Assembly (NCBI GenBank): GCA_045595845.1
Contig: JAZOBF010000043.1
Span: forward strand, 8,293-72,292
Source of the DNA: Acutalibacteraceae bacterium
GTDB lineage: Bacteria > Bacillota > Clostridia > Oscillospirales > Acutalibacteraceae
Direction: 5' to 3'
DNA: 64,000 bases
Shown here piece after piece: positions 1 through 9,444 of this stretch (the first letter of the stretch is position 1; each line of letters starts with the position of its first letter). The translations under genes were made by a program, and so were the position numbers. The notes under the pieces were generated by a model. That model made no database searches. It had not been told where the DNA came from and saw only the letters and a program-made list of their open reading frames with translations.

Positions 1-416
1 TTAAAGCGGTGGCACGCGCGCGCTACTTGGCGGCACCCGTACTGGTGTTGTTTTTCAGCATATGGCCGTGGGCAGTGGGCGGATTCTTTAAAGCGCCCGC
101 CCTGATATGCACCGTGTTCGGGGTATGGTTGTTGGTGATTCGTCTGCTTGGTTTTGCCAATGCGGGGTTCGGCGCCGATCATGAGGCCGTGACGGTATGG
201 TATCCGCGCGGACTTGCGTTGTACCGTGTATACCTGCCGCGTGAAGTAGTGGACCATATTACCGTGACACAAAGCGTGTGGCAGCGCCACCGCGGCACTT
301 GCACCGTAACGGTGCGCAGCTTTGGAGATAAGAAACGGCGGCATCGGGTATGGGGGTTGCCGTACGAAGCGGTACTCTATGAAATCGGGCAACAAAAAGC
401 CGCCGCGAAGGATTGA
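1..416 (+). CDS. C-terminal fragment of a YdbT-like membrane protein with bacterial PH (bPH_2-type) domain; 5' end off-window
   Basis: Frame stays open to the left edge. Two hydrophobic helices are followed by a HITVTQSVWQRHRGTCTVTV-type segment typical of bPH_2 repeats. A hairpin terminator follows. Confidence 0.5.
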   Translation, partial: KAVARARYLAAPVLVLFFSIWPWAVGGFFKAPALICTVFGVWLLVIRLLGFANAGFGADHEAVTVWYPRGLALYRVYLPREVVDHITVTQSVWQRHRGTCTVTVRSFGDKKRRHRVWGLPYEAVLYEIGQQKAAAKD

Positions 417-439
417 ACTCCTTTCGCGGCGGTTTTTTT
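399..439. terminator. Bidirectional intrinsic terminator
   Basis: GCCGCCGCGAAGG / CCTTTCGCGGCGG stem with flanking A-run and T-run, between convergent genes. Confidence 0.8.
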
Positions 440-442
440 ATT

Positions 443-1990
443 TTATTCAGGTAGTGGTTCACCGGCAATAAATTTATGATATAGATTTTGCACATTTTGC
501 ACATCGCGCGCTGCTATCAAGTGCTTTTCACCGGAATTGTGAACGGCAATACAATGTCCCGCCGTGTATTCGTAAATACGGATACGGGTAGGATTGCCGT
601 GTTGTTTCATGGGGGTAAATTCCAAGGTGAGTATCGGTGTCCCGATCGGGTTTTCGTTGGTTTGTCCCGCGCGGTACAGCGACAGCAGCGATTCATACAG
701 CGTGCGGAAATCAGGAGTGCTGTAAGTTTTGCCGTTTGCTGTTACGGTAAGCGCGTTGTCACTGTCTTCTTCACCGGGGAAATGCTTGAGTGTAAAGGTT
801 TTGGTGTCACCGTCGTCGACAATGGTAACGGAATCCAGATTCGTAATGTATTGGAAATACAACATGTTATCTGCGATGTCTTCGTACTGCGCATCTACCC
901 AGTCGGCGACCGCACTCGGTTCAAACCGATAAACGAGGGGGATCATGGTGTTTTGCTGATACACCACGCCGTAATAGTTACCGTCCTTGTCGGTCTTGCC
1001 AAGCTTGATGGTGTACTTAAAGGTGCTGTGATAAGAGATCTCGGACTGCACTTCACCGTCGGCAATTTCCGTTTCGGTGGTGCGTTGAAGCGACAGGTTG
1101 AGGGTGCACACCGAATATGGATTCGACAGACCGTAAGCAGACAGATCCGAAGCGGTCGGCCGTAGTGCCACAACATCCAAAGCGGATAATAAGGTAAAGT
1201 TGGTGTAGGTAATCAGCGGACTGTTGGAATCCACCGCATGAAAATGCGGCTTCTGTATCGCATAACCTGAGAGCACCATGTTTTCTTCTTCGTTTTCAGG
1301 TTTCTCTGCTATTTGGAAGAAAATAGGCTCTGAACGAACCGTACCGGACAAGGTGACATCGCGTATCACCACGGTATCGGTGCTGTTTTCTGCGGTGGGA
1401 GCAACAATGGGCATCCGAACGAGGTATTGTACGGGTTGGTATGCCAGCACTTGGCAAAAAGTGGTGTCCATCAGGTAAATCGCCGTTTTACCTGCCTCCC
1501 GGAAATAGTACCCTTCTTCGGACGGCGCTAAATCGCCGATCTCAAAAGAAAAGGTGGTGTCATCGGAATAGGAAACCGAAACGGTAATACCGCTATCGGC
1601 TTTTCCCAACCCGAAATCGGCGGGGGTTTGCGGATTTTCCACCACCAAGCGAGTGGCGGTAATGTTGAGCAGGGATTCTGCCACGGTTTCAAATACAGCC
1701 TGATCCAACGGCAAATCCTCATATCCCTTTAGGGTATACAAATCGTCTTCGGTACGCGAAATGGTGTGTGAAGCATCCGAAAGGGAAATCACCGCCGACG
1801 ATAGGGTAACGTTTCCGTCTGCCGTTTTATCCAGCAGTACCACGGATTCATCAACGGGATTTTCATCGTCGGAATCCTCTGTTAACGGGGGAAGCAACAG
1901 CAGCAACCCCACCAACAACACCCCAACCGCCGCCAACGCGATGACGGCGTATAGGAGCGAGCGGGTGCGTTTTGTCATGCGCTTACTCAT
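443..1990 (-). CDS. DUF4340-type protein, N-terminal membrane anchor; last gene of the ABC-2/GldG module
   Basis: 515-aa ORF with a single N-terminal TM (LLYAVIALAAVGVLLVGLLLLL). 4-nt overlap with the upstream GldG-like gene, which is the usual gene order for this family. Confidence 0.55.
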   Translation of the reverse strand: MSKRMTKRTRSLLYAVIALAAVGVLLVGLLLLLPPLTEDSDDENPVDESVVLLDKTADGNVTLSSAVISLSDASHTISRTEDDLYTLKGYEDLPLDQAVFETVAESLLNITATRLVVENPQTPADFGLGKADSGITVSVSYSDDTTFSFEIGDLAPSEEGYYFREAGKTAIYLMDTTFCQVLAYQPVQYLVRMPIVAPTAENSTDTVVIRDVTLSGTVRSEPIFFQIAEKPENEEENMVLSGYAIQKPHFHAVDSNSPLITYTNFTLLSALDVVALRPTASDLSAYGLSNPYSVCTLNLSLQRTTETEIADGEVQSEISYHSTFKYTIKLGKTDKDGNYYGVVYQQNTMIPLVYRFEPSAVADWVDAQYEDIADNMLYFQYITNLDSVTIVDDGDTKTFTLKHFPGEEDSDNALTVTANGKTYSTPDFRTLYESLLSLYRAGQTNENPIGTPILTLEFTPMKQHGNPTRIRIYEYTAGHCIAVHNSGEKHLIAARDVQNVQNLYHKFIAGEPLPE

Positions 1991-3588
1991 AAATGCCTCC
2001 TCTTAAAGAAGACAACCAGACAGACGATAATCAATACCGCCGGAATGCCGAATGTAAACACGCCCAAACCGAGGACCTGAGCGACCATGGTCGAAAACGG
2101 AAGAGTCTCTCCCGAAAGATCTTTTCCGGAGATGGTGACGGTATTACCGATGTTGCACATCGTGCGCAAGGGTTCAATAACCAGCCCTTCGTTTTCATAT
2201 TGAGAGGCGGTTACATAATTAGCAAACTCCAAACTACCGCTGACTACAATGAAGTTTTCAACGGTTTCATTGTTCACGGAAGCGCGTTCACGGGCATACG
2301 CCATGCCGATGATGGGGTAAGAGTCGGCTTTGGTCTGCACAATCTCTTCGGCGCTGTCCCCCGACAGCAAATCGGCACTTGCGGTCAGACGACTGCTTTC
2401 GGGAAAGGCAATCACGGTGTGGTTCGTCAAGTTCTCCGTGTCATCATCGGTGCTTTTGTCGGTGAGCAACTGGACGGTCAGCGGCATGAGGACTTTTTGA
2501 TCGGCAACCGACGAGGTAAGCGTGGTTGCCGTAATAGTCGTCAACGGCATATACGGGCCGTAATATCCCATTTGATAATTGTTGGAATCGGTTTCCATAA
2601 TAAGGTTCGAAGTGACCGTGATGCCGTAATCCGCCGACAGGAAATCGTATAGGTTCGGGCAGGTGCCGGCAAAGTTGACAAACACAAACAGATTGCGTTC
2701 CAGTTTGCCGTCGTTATGCAACCAGTCGCGTAAGCGTTTAATTTCGTCAACGGTATAGTCTTTGACGGGACCGGCGATTACGAGTGCACCGGTGGTATCG
2801 TTGATAGTGCTCGCCGTTGACAGGTCCAGTGTCTGGGTAAAATACCCGTTCAATTCGTACAGGCTTTTTAACGAGGCAATGGCATCTTCGCTTTCGCCGT
2901 GACCGGTTAAAAAGGTGACGGTGACGGTTTTACCGCCGCAAACGCTGCCGATGTTTGCAGCAAGTTTTTGCTCAACCAGCGAAGTGACCGTGTAATTGTA
3001 GGAATAATCCATATCGGTTTGCAAAAGGTCATCCAGCGAGATTTTGCGGTATTGATTGCCGCATAAAAACAGAATGTCACCGCTCGTCGCTTCGTATTTT
3101 TCTTGATACGAGGACGAGTAGGTGGGATTCTTTTCCAAATCAACATAGGATGTCTTGATTTTTCCGCCGCTGATAGTCCCGTATTCTTTGGTGAACAGGT
3201 AGAACTGACGGAAGATGGTGTCGTATTCCTCAGCCCCTGTGTTGGGTGCGGAAAAATACTCTTCGCCGGCAAGGGCAACAATCTCCACGTCGAGCGACAC
3301 GGATTCCGCCAATGCGCGGCTGTCTTCCGAAAGGGAATAAGTCTGATCGGCGGTAAGGTCCAGTGTCCACGGGAAACGGTCTGCTAAAATGCCGCACACG
3401 ACATTAAATAACACAACAACCGCCGCGATCACGACCGTAATGGCGGTGGCGGTGGCACCCAATCGCAGTTTTCGGTTGGAACGCCAGTTGAGTTGGGGGA
3501 GCTTTAAAAGTGATTTTTTCTGCTTTTTAACAGGCTCGGTGACTTCCGTTTCGTCGGGAGTCGTTTTCATATCGTCAAAATTACTCAT
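1987..3588 (-). CDS. GldG-like ABC-transporter auxiliary protein
   Basis: 533 aa with N- and C-terminal TM anchors around a large extracytoplasmic domain. Lies directly downstream of the ABC-2 permease. Confidence 0.6.
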   Translation of the reverse strand: MSNFDDMKTTPDETEVTEPVKKQKKSLLKLPQLNWRSNRKLRLGATATAITVVIAAVVVLFNVVCGILADRFPWTLDLTADQTYSLSEDSRALAESVSLDVEIVALAGEEYFSAPNTGAEEYDTIFRQFYLFTKEYGTISGGKIKTSYVDLEKNPTYSSSYQEKYEATSGDILFLCGNQYRKISLDDLLQTDMDYSYNYTVTSLVEQKLAANIGSVCGGKTVTVTFLTGHGESEDAIASLKSLYELNGYFTQTLDLSTASTINDTTGALVIAGPVKDYTVDEIKRLRDWLHNDGKLERNLFVFVNFAGTCPNLYDFLSADYGITVTSNLIMETDSNNYQMGYYGPYMPLTTITATTLTSSVADQKVLMPLTVQLLTDKSTDDDTENLTNHTVIAFPESSRLTASADLLSGDSAEEIVQTKADSYPIIGMAYARERASVNNETVENFIVVSGSLEFANYVTASQYENEGLVIEPLRTMCNIGNTVTISGKDLSGETLPFSTMVAQVLGLGVFTFGIPAVLIIVCLVVFFKRRHL

Positions 3589-3607
3589 TGTGTAGTACCT
3601 CCTCTCA

Positions 3608-4318
3608 TCAGTTCCAACGCTTCCGTTCCAGAACGCGAACGGTGAAAAACAGGAACAGGGCGGTTATGCTGACAAAAAAGATAATGTCATCGTACTGCAT
3701 TAAACCACTGGTGAAATTGGCATACCGTTGAGATACCGATAAGAAATCGGTGACGGCAACCGCTACCGTACTGTTGGGTAATATGGAGCTGACACTATCG
3801 ATCATCAAGAGGGCAAATGAGGCAAGGAATGTGCCGAGCGCTGCCACGAATTGACTTTCGGTCAGGCAGGAAATCAACAGACCGATGGCAATAATCATAC
3901 TGCCGAGCAACATAAGACCGAAGAAGTTGCCCAAAATCACCAGCCAATCGGGAGTGACTTGCGTGGCGATGATGAGGGCAAATACCAGCATAATGGAAAT
4001 GCCGATGGTAAACAACAACACCGCTGCGAAGAATTTCCCGAGCACGATACCGGTCAAACTGACAGGCGCTGTCAGCAACGCTTGGTCGGTTTTTTGGCGC
4101 TTGTCATCACTCATCAACCGCATGGTCAGAACGGGTAATACGAGCAGCATTAAGAAAGTGAGTACGGAACTGAACACATATGACAGATCCGCATACCCGC
4201 TCGCCAGGTTATACATAAAGAAATAATAGCCGCTTAAGCCGAAAATCATGGCCAGTACGACATAGCCGATAGGGGATGTGAAATAGGTCTTGAATTCACG
4301 CTTGAAAATCGCACTCAT
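3608..4318 (-). CDS. ABC-2 family transporter permease
   Basis: 236 aa with about 6 hydrophobic helices. 4-nt overlap with the ATPase gene. Confidence 0.8.
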   Translation of the reverse strand: MSAIFKREFKTYFTSPIGYVVLAMIFGLSGYYFFMYNLASGYADLSYVFSSVLTFLMLLVLPVLTMRLMSDDKRQKTDQALLTAPVSLTGIVLGKFFAAVLLFTIGISIMLVFALIIATQVTPDWLVILGNFFGLMLLGSMIIAIGLLISCLTESQFVAALGTFLASFALLMIDSVSSILPNSTVAVAVTDFLSVSQRYANFTSGLMQYDDIIFFVSITALFLFFTVRVLERKRWN

Positions 4319-5280
4319 TTTTTCTTACCTCCTTTGCGGGGCTGGGATAGCTGTTCGCGCGTGAGTGAAATAAAGATTTCCTCGAGAGACATTTCCATTG
4401 AGCGTAAGCCGAGCAAAGGATAGCCTTCTTTAGCGAGTGCCGTAAACAATGCGCGGCGGAAATCGGCACCGTCTTGCGGTTCAAGGGCATATTCAAATAC
4501 ACCCTCCTCTTTCTCGCCATAACGCACGACTTCGGCTACACCCGCAATGTGTGTCAAAATATCGGTTACGCGCTTCTCGTCACCGGCAACGCGCACCATC
4601 AAACGGCGGTCGGACGAATATTTTTCCGAAAGCGCGGCGGCGGTATCGTCGGCAACGATCTTGCCCTCGTTGATGATAATGATGCGGTCGCAGACCGCCT
4701 CAATTTCCTGCAAAATATGCGAAGAAAGAATCACGGTGTGGTGTTTGCCCAGATTTTTAATCAACGCGCGAATCTCAATTATCTGGTTCGGATCCAGACC
4801 GACAGTCGGCTCGTCCAACACCAAAACGGGCGGGTTGCCGATCAGCGCTTGTGCAAACCCGACGCGTTGGCGGTATCCTTTGGACAGGTTTTTAATCAGA
4901 CGGGCGTATACATGCTCGATTTGCATTAAACGGCAGATTTCCGCAATATGTTTTTTGCGATTGAACCTACATTGCTTCAGGTCAAACACAAAGTCCAGAT
5001 ACTCGCGCACCGTCATATCCAAATACAGCGGCGGTTGTTCGGGCAGGTAACCGATGTTGGCTTTTGCTTCGTTGGGTTCTTCCAAAATGTCATATCCGTT
5101 TATGGATACGGTTCCTTCGGTGGAAGACAGATATCCGGTGAGGATATTCATGGTCGTGGATTTTCCCGCACCGTTTGGTCCGAGAAACCCTAAAATCTCA
5201 CCTTCATTCACCTGAAAGCTGATATTATCCACCGCGAGGTGCGAGCCGTATCGCTTGGTCAGGTTTTGCACTGTAATCAT
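4315..5280 (-). CDS. ABC transporter ATP-binding protein
   Basis: Walker A GPNGAGKST, signature LSKGYRQRV, Walker B LVLDEP. Confidence 0.95.
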   Translation of the reverse strand: MITVQNLTKRYGSHLAVDNISFQVNEGEILGFLGPNGAGKSTTMNILTGYLSSTEGTVSINGYDILEEPNEAKANIGYLPEQPPLYLDMTVREYLDFVFDLKQCRFNRKKHIAEICRLMQIEHVYARLIKNLSKGYRQRVGFAQALIGNPPVLVLDEPTVGLDPNQIIEIRALIKNLGKHHTVILSSHILQEIEAVCDRIIIINEGKIVADDTAAALSEKYSSDRRLMVRVAGDEKRVTDILTHIAGVAEVVRYGEKEEGVFEYALEPQDGADFRRALFTALAKEGYPLLGLRSMEMSLEEIFISLTREQLSQPRKGGKKK

Positions 5281-5419
5281 ATTGTGGGACTCCTCCTTTG
5301 GATATACTTAGACAAGATTAATCATAAATGCGAAATGTGTACTTTCTGTGTATTTTTTCAAAACAAGTTTTGCTTTTTTTTATAAGTGTGGTATACTGTG
5401 CAAAAAAGGGGGGGTTGCG

Positions 5420-7000
5420 GTGTCAATCAGGCGGTACACATGGGACCAACGGCATTGTCTGCCGACAGTACGGCGTGCCGTGGCGCTGGGCGTATTTGAC
5501 GGGTTACATATCGGACATCGAGCGGTACTTTCGTCGGCGTGCGGCGTGACCGATGACGACGGCGCGATCCTGACAGCGGCGGCGTTGTGCATGACAGGGG
5601 TGCCTAAGTGCGAAAGCGGCCGTTTGCTCACACCCGAACGCGAAAAACAGTTGCTCGAAACGCTTGGTATTGATGAATGGATTGAAATGCCGTTTGAAGC
5701 GGTTCGGGACTTATCACCCGAGCGGTTTGTACGCGAAATTTTGTGTGAGCTGTTACAGGCAAGCGTGGTGTGTTGCGGATACAATTATCGGTTTGGGAAA
5801 AACGGTGTCGGAACGGTTGATACCCTTTGTGCTTTCTGTGAACCGCTCGGTATTCAAGTGGTGGTAACGGAAAAGATTCAACGCTACGCAGATACCATCA
5901 GTTCCACCCGCGTGCGCAGCGCCGTCGCAGAAGGCGATATGACACGGGCGATGAGCTTGCTTGGCAGACCGTTCTCGGTGGAATTGCCGATTACCAACGG
6001 TGACCATCGCGGGCGACGGTGGGGCGTTCCGACCATTAACCAGGTGTTCCCTGACGATTATGCCGTACCGCGGTACGGTGTCTATGCTTCACTGGTTGTC
6101 GTGGGTGAGCATCAGTATCAAGCGGTTACAAATATCGGTGTTCATCCGACGGTGGGCGGCGTTCCGGCACCGCAAGCGGAAACATGGATTCGTGATTTTC
6201 ACGGTGACTTGTACGGGCAGACGGCACAGGTGTTGTTAATCCGCTTTTTACGGGATGAGCGTTGCTTTACCGATATAGAAGCGCTCAAAGCACAGATTGT
6301 TGCCGATGCGGACACAGCACACGCCATTCTTGACGGGCAAGGCGGTGAAAAAGCGGTTTTGTTCGATTTTGACGACACTTTACAAGATCGCACCGAAGCG
6401 TTTTTGGCGGTGGCGCGGCAATTACTTGCCCGTTATATGACCGCCGTCCCCGATGAACAACGGGAGCGATATGCCCGGGAACTGTTAGCCGCCAACGCGG
6501 GCGGGTATGTGAACTATACAACCTTTTTCCATGATTTTGTCGAGCGGTGGCCGTTTGATAACGGGGTGACCGGCGATGAGCTTTTAGGGGCGTATTACCG
6601 CTTATTTCCCCTGTGCTCGGCTTTATATCCCGATACGCTTGCGGTACTTGACGCATTGCGGCGGCGAGGCTACCGTGTCGGTATCATCACCAACGGCAAT
6701 TCGTTATTACAAAACCGTAAACTGGATGTGACGGGACTGCGGTTATATACCGATATTACACTCGTATCGGGAGAAGAGGGTGTGCACAAGCCGCATGCCG
6801 AGTTGTTCCGCCGCGCGGCGGCGCGGCTGTGCGTAGCGCCTGAAAACTGCATCTATGTGGGTGATCACCCTCTTAATGATATACAGGGCGCGCAAAACGC
6901 CGGTATGCGACCAATCTTCTTAAATACCCGCAAACTGAGTGAGCACCCGAGCGGAGTTGAAGAACTATCCGACTTAACCGAAATACTCAATATACTGTAA
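5420..7000 (+). CDS. ribF: Bifunctional FAD synthetase/riboflavin kinase (RibF) fused to a C-terminal HAD-IA hydrolase domain
   Basis: ALGVFDGLHIGHRAVL adenylyltransferase motif; riboflavin-kinase region GVPTINQ...GVYASLV...NIGVHPT. HAD motifs follow: FDFDDTL, ITNG, K, GDHPLNDIQGA. GTG at 5420 lies 6-7 nt after AAGGGGGG, so the track start at 5348 is probably too early. Confidence 0.85.
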   Translation: MSIRRYTWDQRHCLPTVRRAVALGVFDGLHIGHRAVLSSACGVTDDDGAILTAAALCMTGVPKCESGRLLTPEREKQLLETLGIDEWIEMPFEAVRDLSPERFVREILCELLQASVVCCGYNYRFGKNGVGTVDTLCAFCEPLGIQVVVTEKIQRYADTISSTRVRSAVAEGDMTRAMSLLGRPFSVELPITNGDHRGRRWGVPTINQVFPDDYAVPRYGVYASLVVVGEHQYQAVTNIGVHPTVGGVPAPQAETWIRDFHGDLYGQTAQVLLIRFLRDERCFTDIEALKAQIVADADTAHAILDGQGGEKAVLFDFDDTLQDRTEAFLAVARQLLARYMTAVPDEQRERYARELLAANAGGYVNYTTFFHDFVERWPFDNGVTGDELLGAYYRLFPLCSALYPDTLAVLDALRRRGYRVGIITNGNSLLQNRKLDVTGLRLYTDITLVSGEEGVHKPHAELFRRAAARLCVAPENCIYVGDHPLNDIQGAQNAGMRPIFLNTRKLSEHPSGVEELSDLTEILNIL

Positions 7001-7029
7001 AAGGCAGGGCCGAGAGGCCCTGCCTTTTA
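7000..7029. terminator. Bidirectional intrinsic terminator
   Basis: AAGGCAGGGCC-GAGA-GGCCCTGCCTT plus T-run, between convergent ribF and the phosphoesterase gene. Confidence 0.85.
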
Positions 7030-7059
7030 TACACGCTTTTTTAAGGGGTACATATACTG

Positions 7060-7530
7060 TTAATAGCGCAGTTTGACAATGTTTGGGATAATCCCGCCAG
7101 CAGAATCGATATCAATAACCGCGTAGGTACTGCCATGCCTGAGGGAACCGGGATTGACGAGATACAGTCCGTCATCGTACAGCGTGAGTGCTTCATGTGT
7201 GTGCCCAAACAAGGCAACCTGCGCACCGCGGGAACGCGCGGCACAGGCGAACCGATACAAATCGTGTTTGACACCATAGCGGTGACCGTGTGTTGCAAAA
7301 AAGACCTGTCCCCCAAAACGAAACTCCGCGTCATCGGGAAACGGGGCGGAAAAATCACAGTTTCCCGCAACCTGTAAACGGCGCACCGTACACCATTCAC
7401 CGATTGCCGTTAAATCAGCGGCACCGTCACCCAAATGTACGAGCAATGATGCATTCGGCTGAGCGTCAATGGCGGCTTGCAAGGCGCGGCGGTCGCCGTG
7501 AGTATCGGAAACAACCAACAAACGAAACAT
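7060..7530 (-). CDS. YfcE/MJ0936-family metallophosphoesterase
   Basis: MFRLLVVSDTHGD...HLGD...GNCD...THGH...GHTH motifs. ATG at 7530 chosen over the upstream in-frame start. Confidence 0.85.
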   Translation of the reverse strand: MFRLLVVSDTHGDRRALQAAIDAQPNASLLVHLGDGAADLTAIGEWCTVRRLQVAGNCDFSAPFPDDAEFRFGGQVFFATHGHRYGVKHDLYRFACAARSRGAQVALFGHTHEALTLYDDGLYLVNPGSLRHGSTYAVIDIDSAGGIIPNIVKLRY

Positions 7531-7575
7531 AGTATCACCTTTTACGACATAAGAATAACACAGGGAGGGATTCGT

Positions 7576-7833
7576 ATGAGTCAGATCACACCGGACCAAT
7601 TACAGGCGTTGTTGGGGTATGCGTCCAAGCGATTGGGCATGACACCCGAACAGTTAGCAAAGACCGTGCAAAACGGGGGGCTTGGTGCATTGTCGGATAA
7701 AGCGGGGGCACAGAATATGCAAAAATTCAGCGAGCTTGCAAGCGATCCCGCGCGGTTGCAACAACTGCTTGCGTCACCGGAAGTACGGGCATTTTTGTCA
7801 AAACTGACGGGAGGCAACGATACGCATGGATGA
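7576..7833 (+). CDS. Hypothetical small protein (85 aa), first of three coupled ORFs
   Basis: GGGAGGG RBS 5 nt before the ATG. Helical and Gln/Leu-rich, with no TM segment. Confidence 0.6.
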   Translation: MSQITPDQLQALLGYASKRLGMTPEQLAKTVQNGGLGALSDKAGAQNMQKFSELASDPARLQQLLASPEVRAFLSKLTGGNDTHG

Positions 7834-8170
7834 CGAGCTTTCGAAAAAACTCGACAACCTGTTAAACTCGCCGGACGGGATGGATAAGATTCAAAACATG
7901 ATGGCGGCACTGGGGATTTCACCCGATACTTTGAAGGCAGAATCGGAACCCCAACCGCCGTCTGCGCCTGCTGTGCCGGAACTGGACGGGCTTTTAAAAC
8001 TAATGCCGCTGTTGTCACAAATGGGTAAAGACGATGAAAATACCACTTTGCTCAAAGCATTGCGGCCGTATTTGCACGGTGATCGCGAAAAACGGTTGGA
8101 TGATTCGGTGCGTATGATGCAATTGCTCAAATTTCTGCCGTTGTTGCAAAAAGGAGGGAAAGCGGAATGA
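7826..8170 (+). CDS. Hypothetical small protein (114 aa)
   Basis: ATG overlaps the previous stop by 8 nt. GGGAGG upstream. Pro-rich linker between helical segments. Confidence 0.6.
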   Translation: MDDELSKKLDNLLNSPDGMDKIQNMMAALGISPDTLKAESEPQPPSAPAVPELDGLLKLMPLLSQMGKDDENTTLLKALRPYLHGDREKRLDDSVRMMQLLKFLPLLQKGGKAE

Positions 8171-8538
8171 ACGATCCCGGTGTGATGCAGCTTCAGCAGG
8201 AAGCGGCAAGGCGTGTACAACGCATGGCCGAACGCTCTCAACGCTTGGTGCGCGAACATCCCGTTAATATTTATCGCGGTGTTACCTTGACACCGCCCGT
8301 CGAGCGGGAGTGTCCGGTTGTTTCTCCTGAGCTGCCTTGTGAGCCCAAACCGCCGTGCGAGTCACCCACCCCAAAGCCGATAGGCGGGTTACGGGAACAA
8401 AAACCCCGCGAAAAGGATTGGTTTTCCTTCTTGGCGGGGGATGAAGAACGGGTATTGCTGTTACTGCTCATTTTGGTGCTCGGCCATAACGGGGCACCCA
8501 CGGAACTACTGTTGGCGTTGCTGTATGTTGCGTTATGA
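8167..8538 (+). CDS. Hypothetical protein (123 aa) with Pro/Cys-rich linker and C-terminal hydrophobic tail
   Basis: ATGA start/stop overlap. AAAGGAGGG RBS. C-terminal tail VLLLLLILVLGHNGAPTELLLALLYVAL. Confidence 0.6.
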   Translation: MNDPGVMQLQQEAARRVQRMAERSQRLVREHPVNIYRGVTLTPPVERECPVVSPELPCEPKPPCESPTPKPIGGLREQKPREKDWFSFLAGDEERVLLLLLILVLGHNGAPTELLLALLYVAL

Positions 8539-8577
8539 GTCGGTAAATTCGGCAGACAGTGTGGTATATTGCGCGTA

Positions 8578-8611
8578 AAGAGCGGCGAGCGGGTCGCTCT
8601 TTTCTTTTTTA
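8578..8611 (+). terminator. Intrinsic terminator of the small-ORF operon
   Basis: AGAGCGGC...GTCGCTCT hairpin followed by TTTTCTTTTTT. Confidence 0.6.
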
Positions 8612-9436
8612 TCCAAATGTAAGCAAACGATAAATATCACCTTTTTTAACACCCGTATCGGCGGCGGCTTGTTTTGCCGCATCCGAAGCAGACAAGCCTT
8701 CCGCCAGATAGGCACGGGCGATTTTGACCGCTTCTTCGGGCGTTGTCGGTACTTCTGCTGCGGGGGCGGCACCTTCTATCACCAAAACAAATTCGCCGCG
8801 CGGCGGGGTTTCGCGATAACGGGCCACCGCCTCGGATAAGGTTGTACGCACAATTTCTTCGTGCAGTTTGGTCAGTTCGCGGGCGAGACATATACGGCGA
8901 TCGCCAAAGGCTGTCAGGAGATTTTCCAAAGTACCGAGCAATTTGTGCGGTGCTTCATAAAAAATCATGGTACGCTGTTCCGCGCGCAAGAGGTCGAGTT
9001 GTTCGCGTCTGTCGCGTCGATTGGCGGATAAAAACCCCTCAAAGGTAAACCGCGCAGTGGGCAATCCCGAAACGGCGAGAGCCGCAATACCCGCACAAGG
9101 GCCGGGAATCACCGTGACAGGAATCCCGCGTTCATGGCACAGTGCCACCAGATCTTCGCCGGGATCGGAAACGGCGGGCATACCTGCATCGGTGACCAAC
9201 ACGGCATTTTCGCCATCTTGGATTTTTCGGCAGATGACCTCGCCGCGTTCGCGTTTGTTATGTTCAAAATAACTGATAAGCGGTTTACGGATACCAAAAT
9301 GATTCAGTAATGTCAGCGATACGCGCGTATCCTCGGCGGCGATAAAATCACAGGTTTGCAGTGCCTCGACGGCGCGGGGCGAAAAATCCGCCAAATTACC
9401 GATAGGAGTGCCGACCAGTGTGAGTGTACCCGACAT
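8609..9436 (-). CDS. rsmI: 16S rRNA (cytidine1402-2'-O)-methyltransferase
   Basis: LTLVGTPIGNLADFSPRAVEAL...IAAEDTR tetrapyrrole-methylase-type N-terminus typical of RsmI. Confidence 0.9.
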   Translation of the reverse strand: MSGTLTLVGTPIGNLADFSPRAVEALQTCDFIAAEDTRVSLTLLNHFGIRKPLISYFEHNKRERGEVICRKIQDGENAVLVTDAGMPAVSDPGEDLVALCHERGIPVTVIPGPCAGIAALAVSGLPTARFTFEGFLSANRRDRREQLDLLRAEQRTMIFYEAPHKLLGTLENLLTAFGDRRICLARELTKLHEEIVRTTLSEAVARYRETPPRGEFVLVIEGAAPAAEVPTTPEEAVKIARAYLAEGLSASDAAKQAAADTGVKKGDIYRLLTFG

Positions 9437-9444
9437 GAAATCAC

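Noticed and set aside
5348-5419. N-terminal 24 residues of the track's RibF ORF, and similar N-terminal extensions of many other track ORFs
   Set aside because: The extensions are hydrophobic or low-complexity, lack an RBS and overlap promoter regions. Internal starts with GGAGG-type RBSs match family N-termini, so I trimmed about 20 ORFs accordingly.
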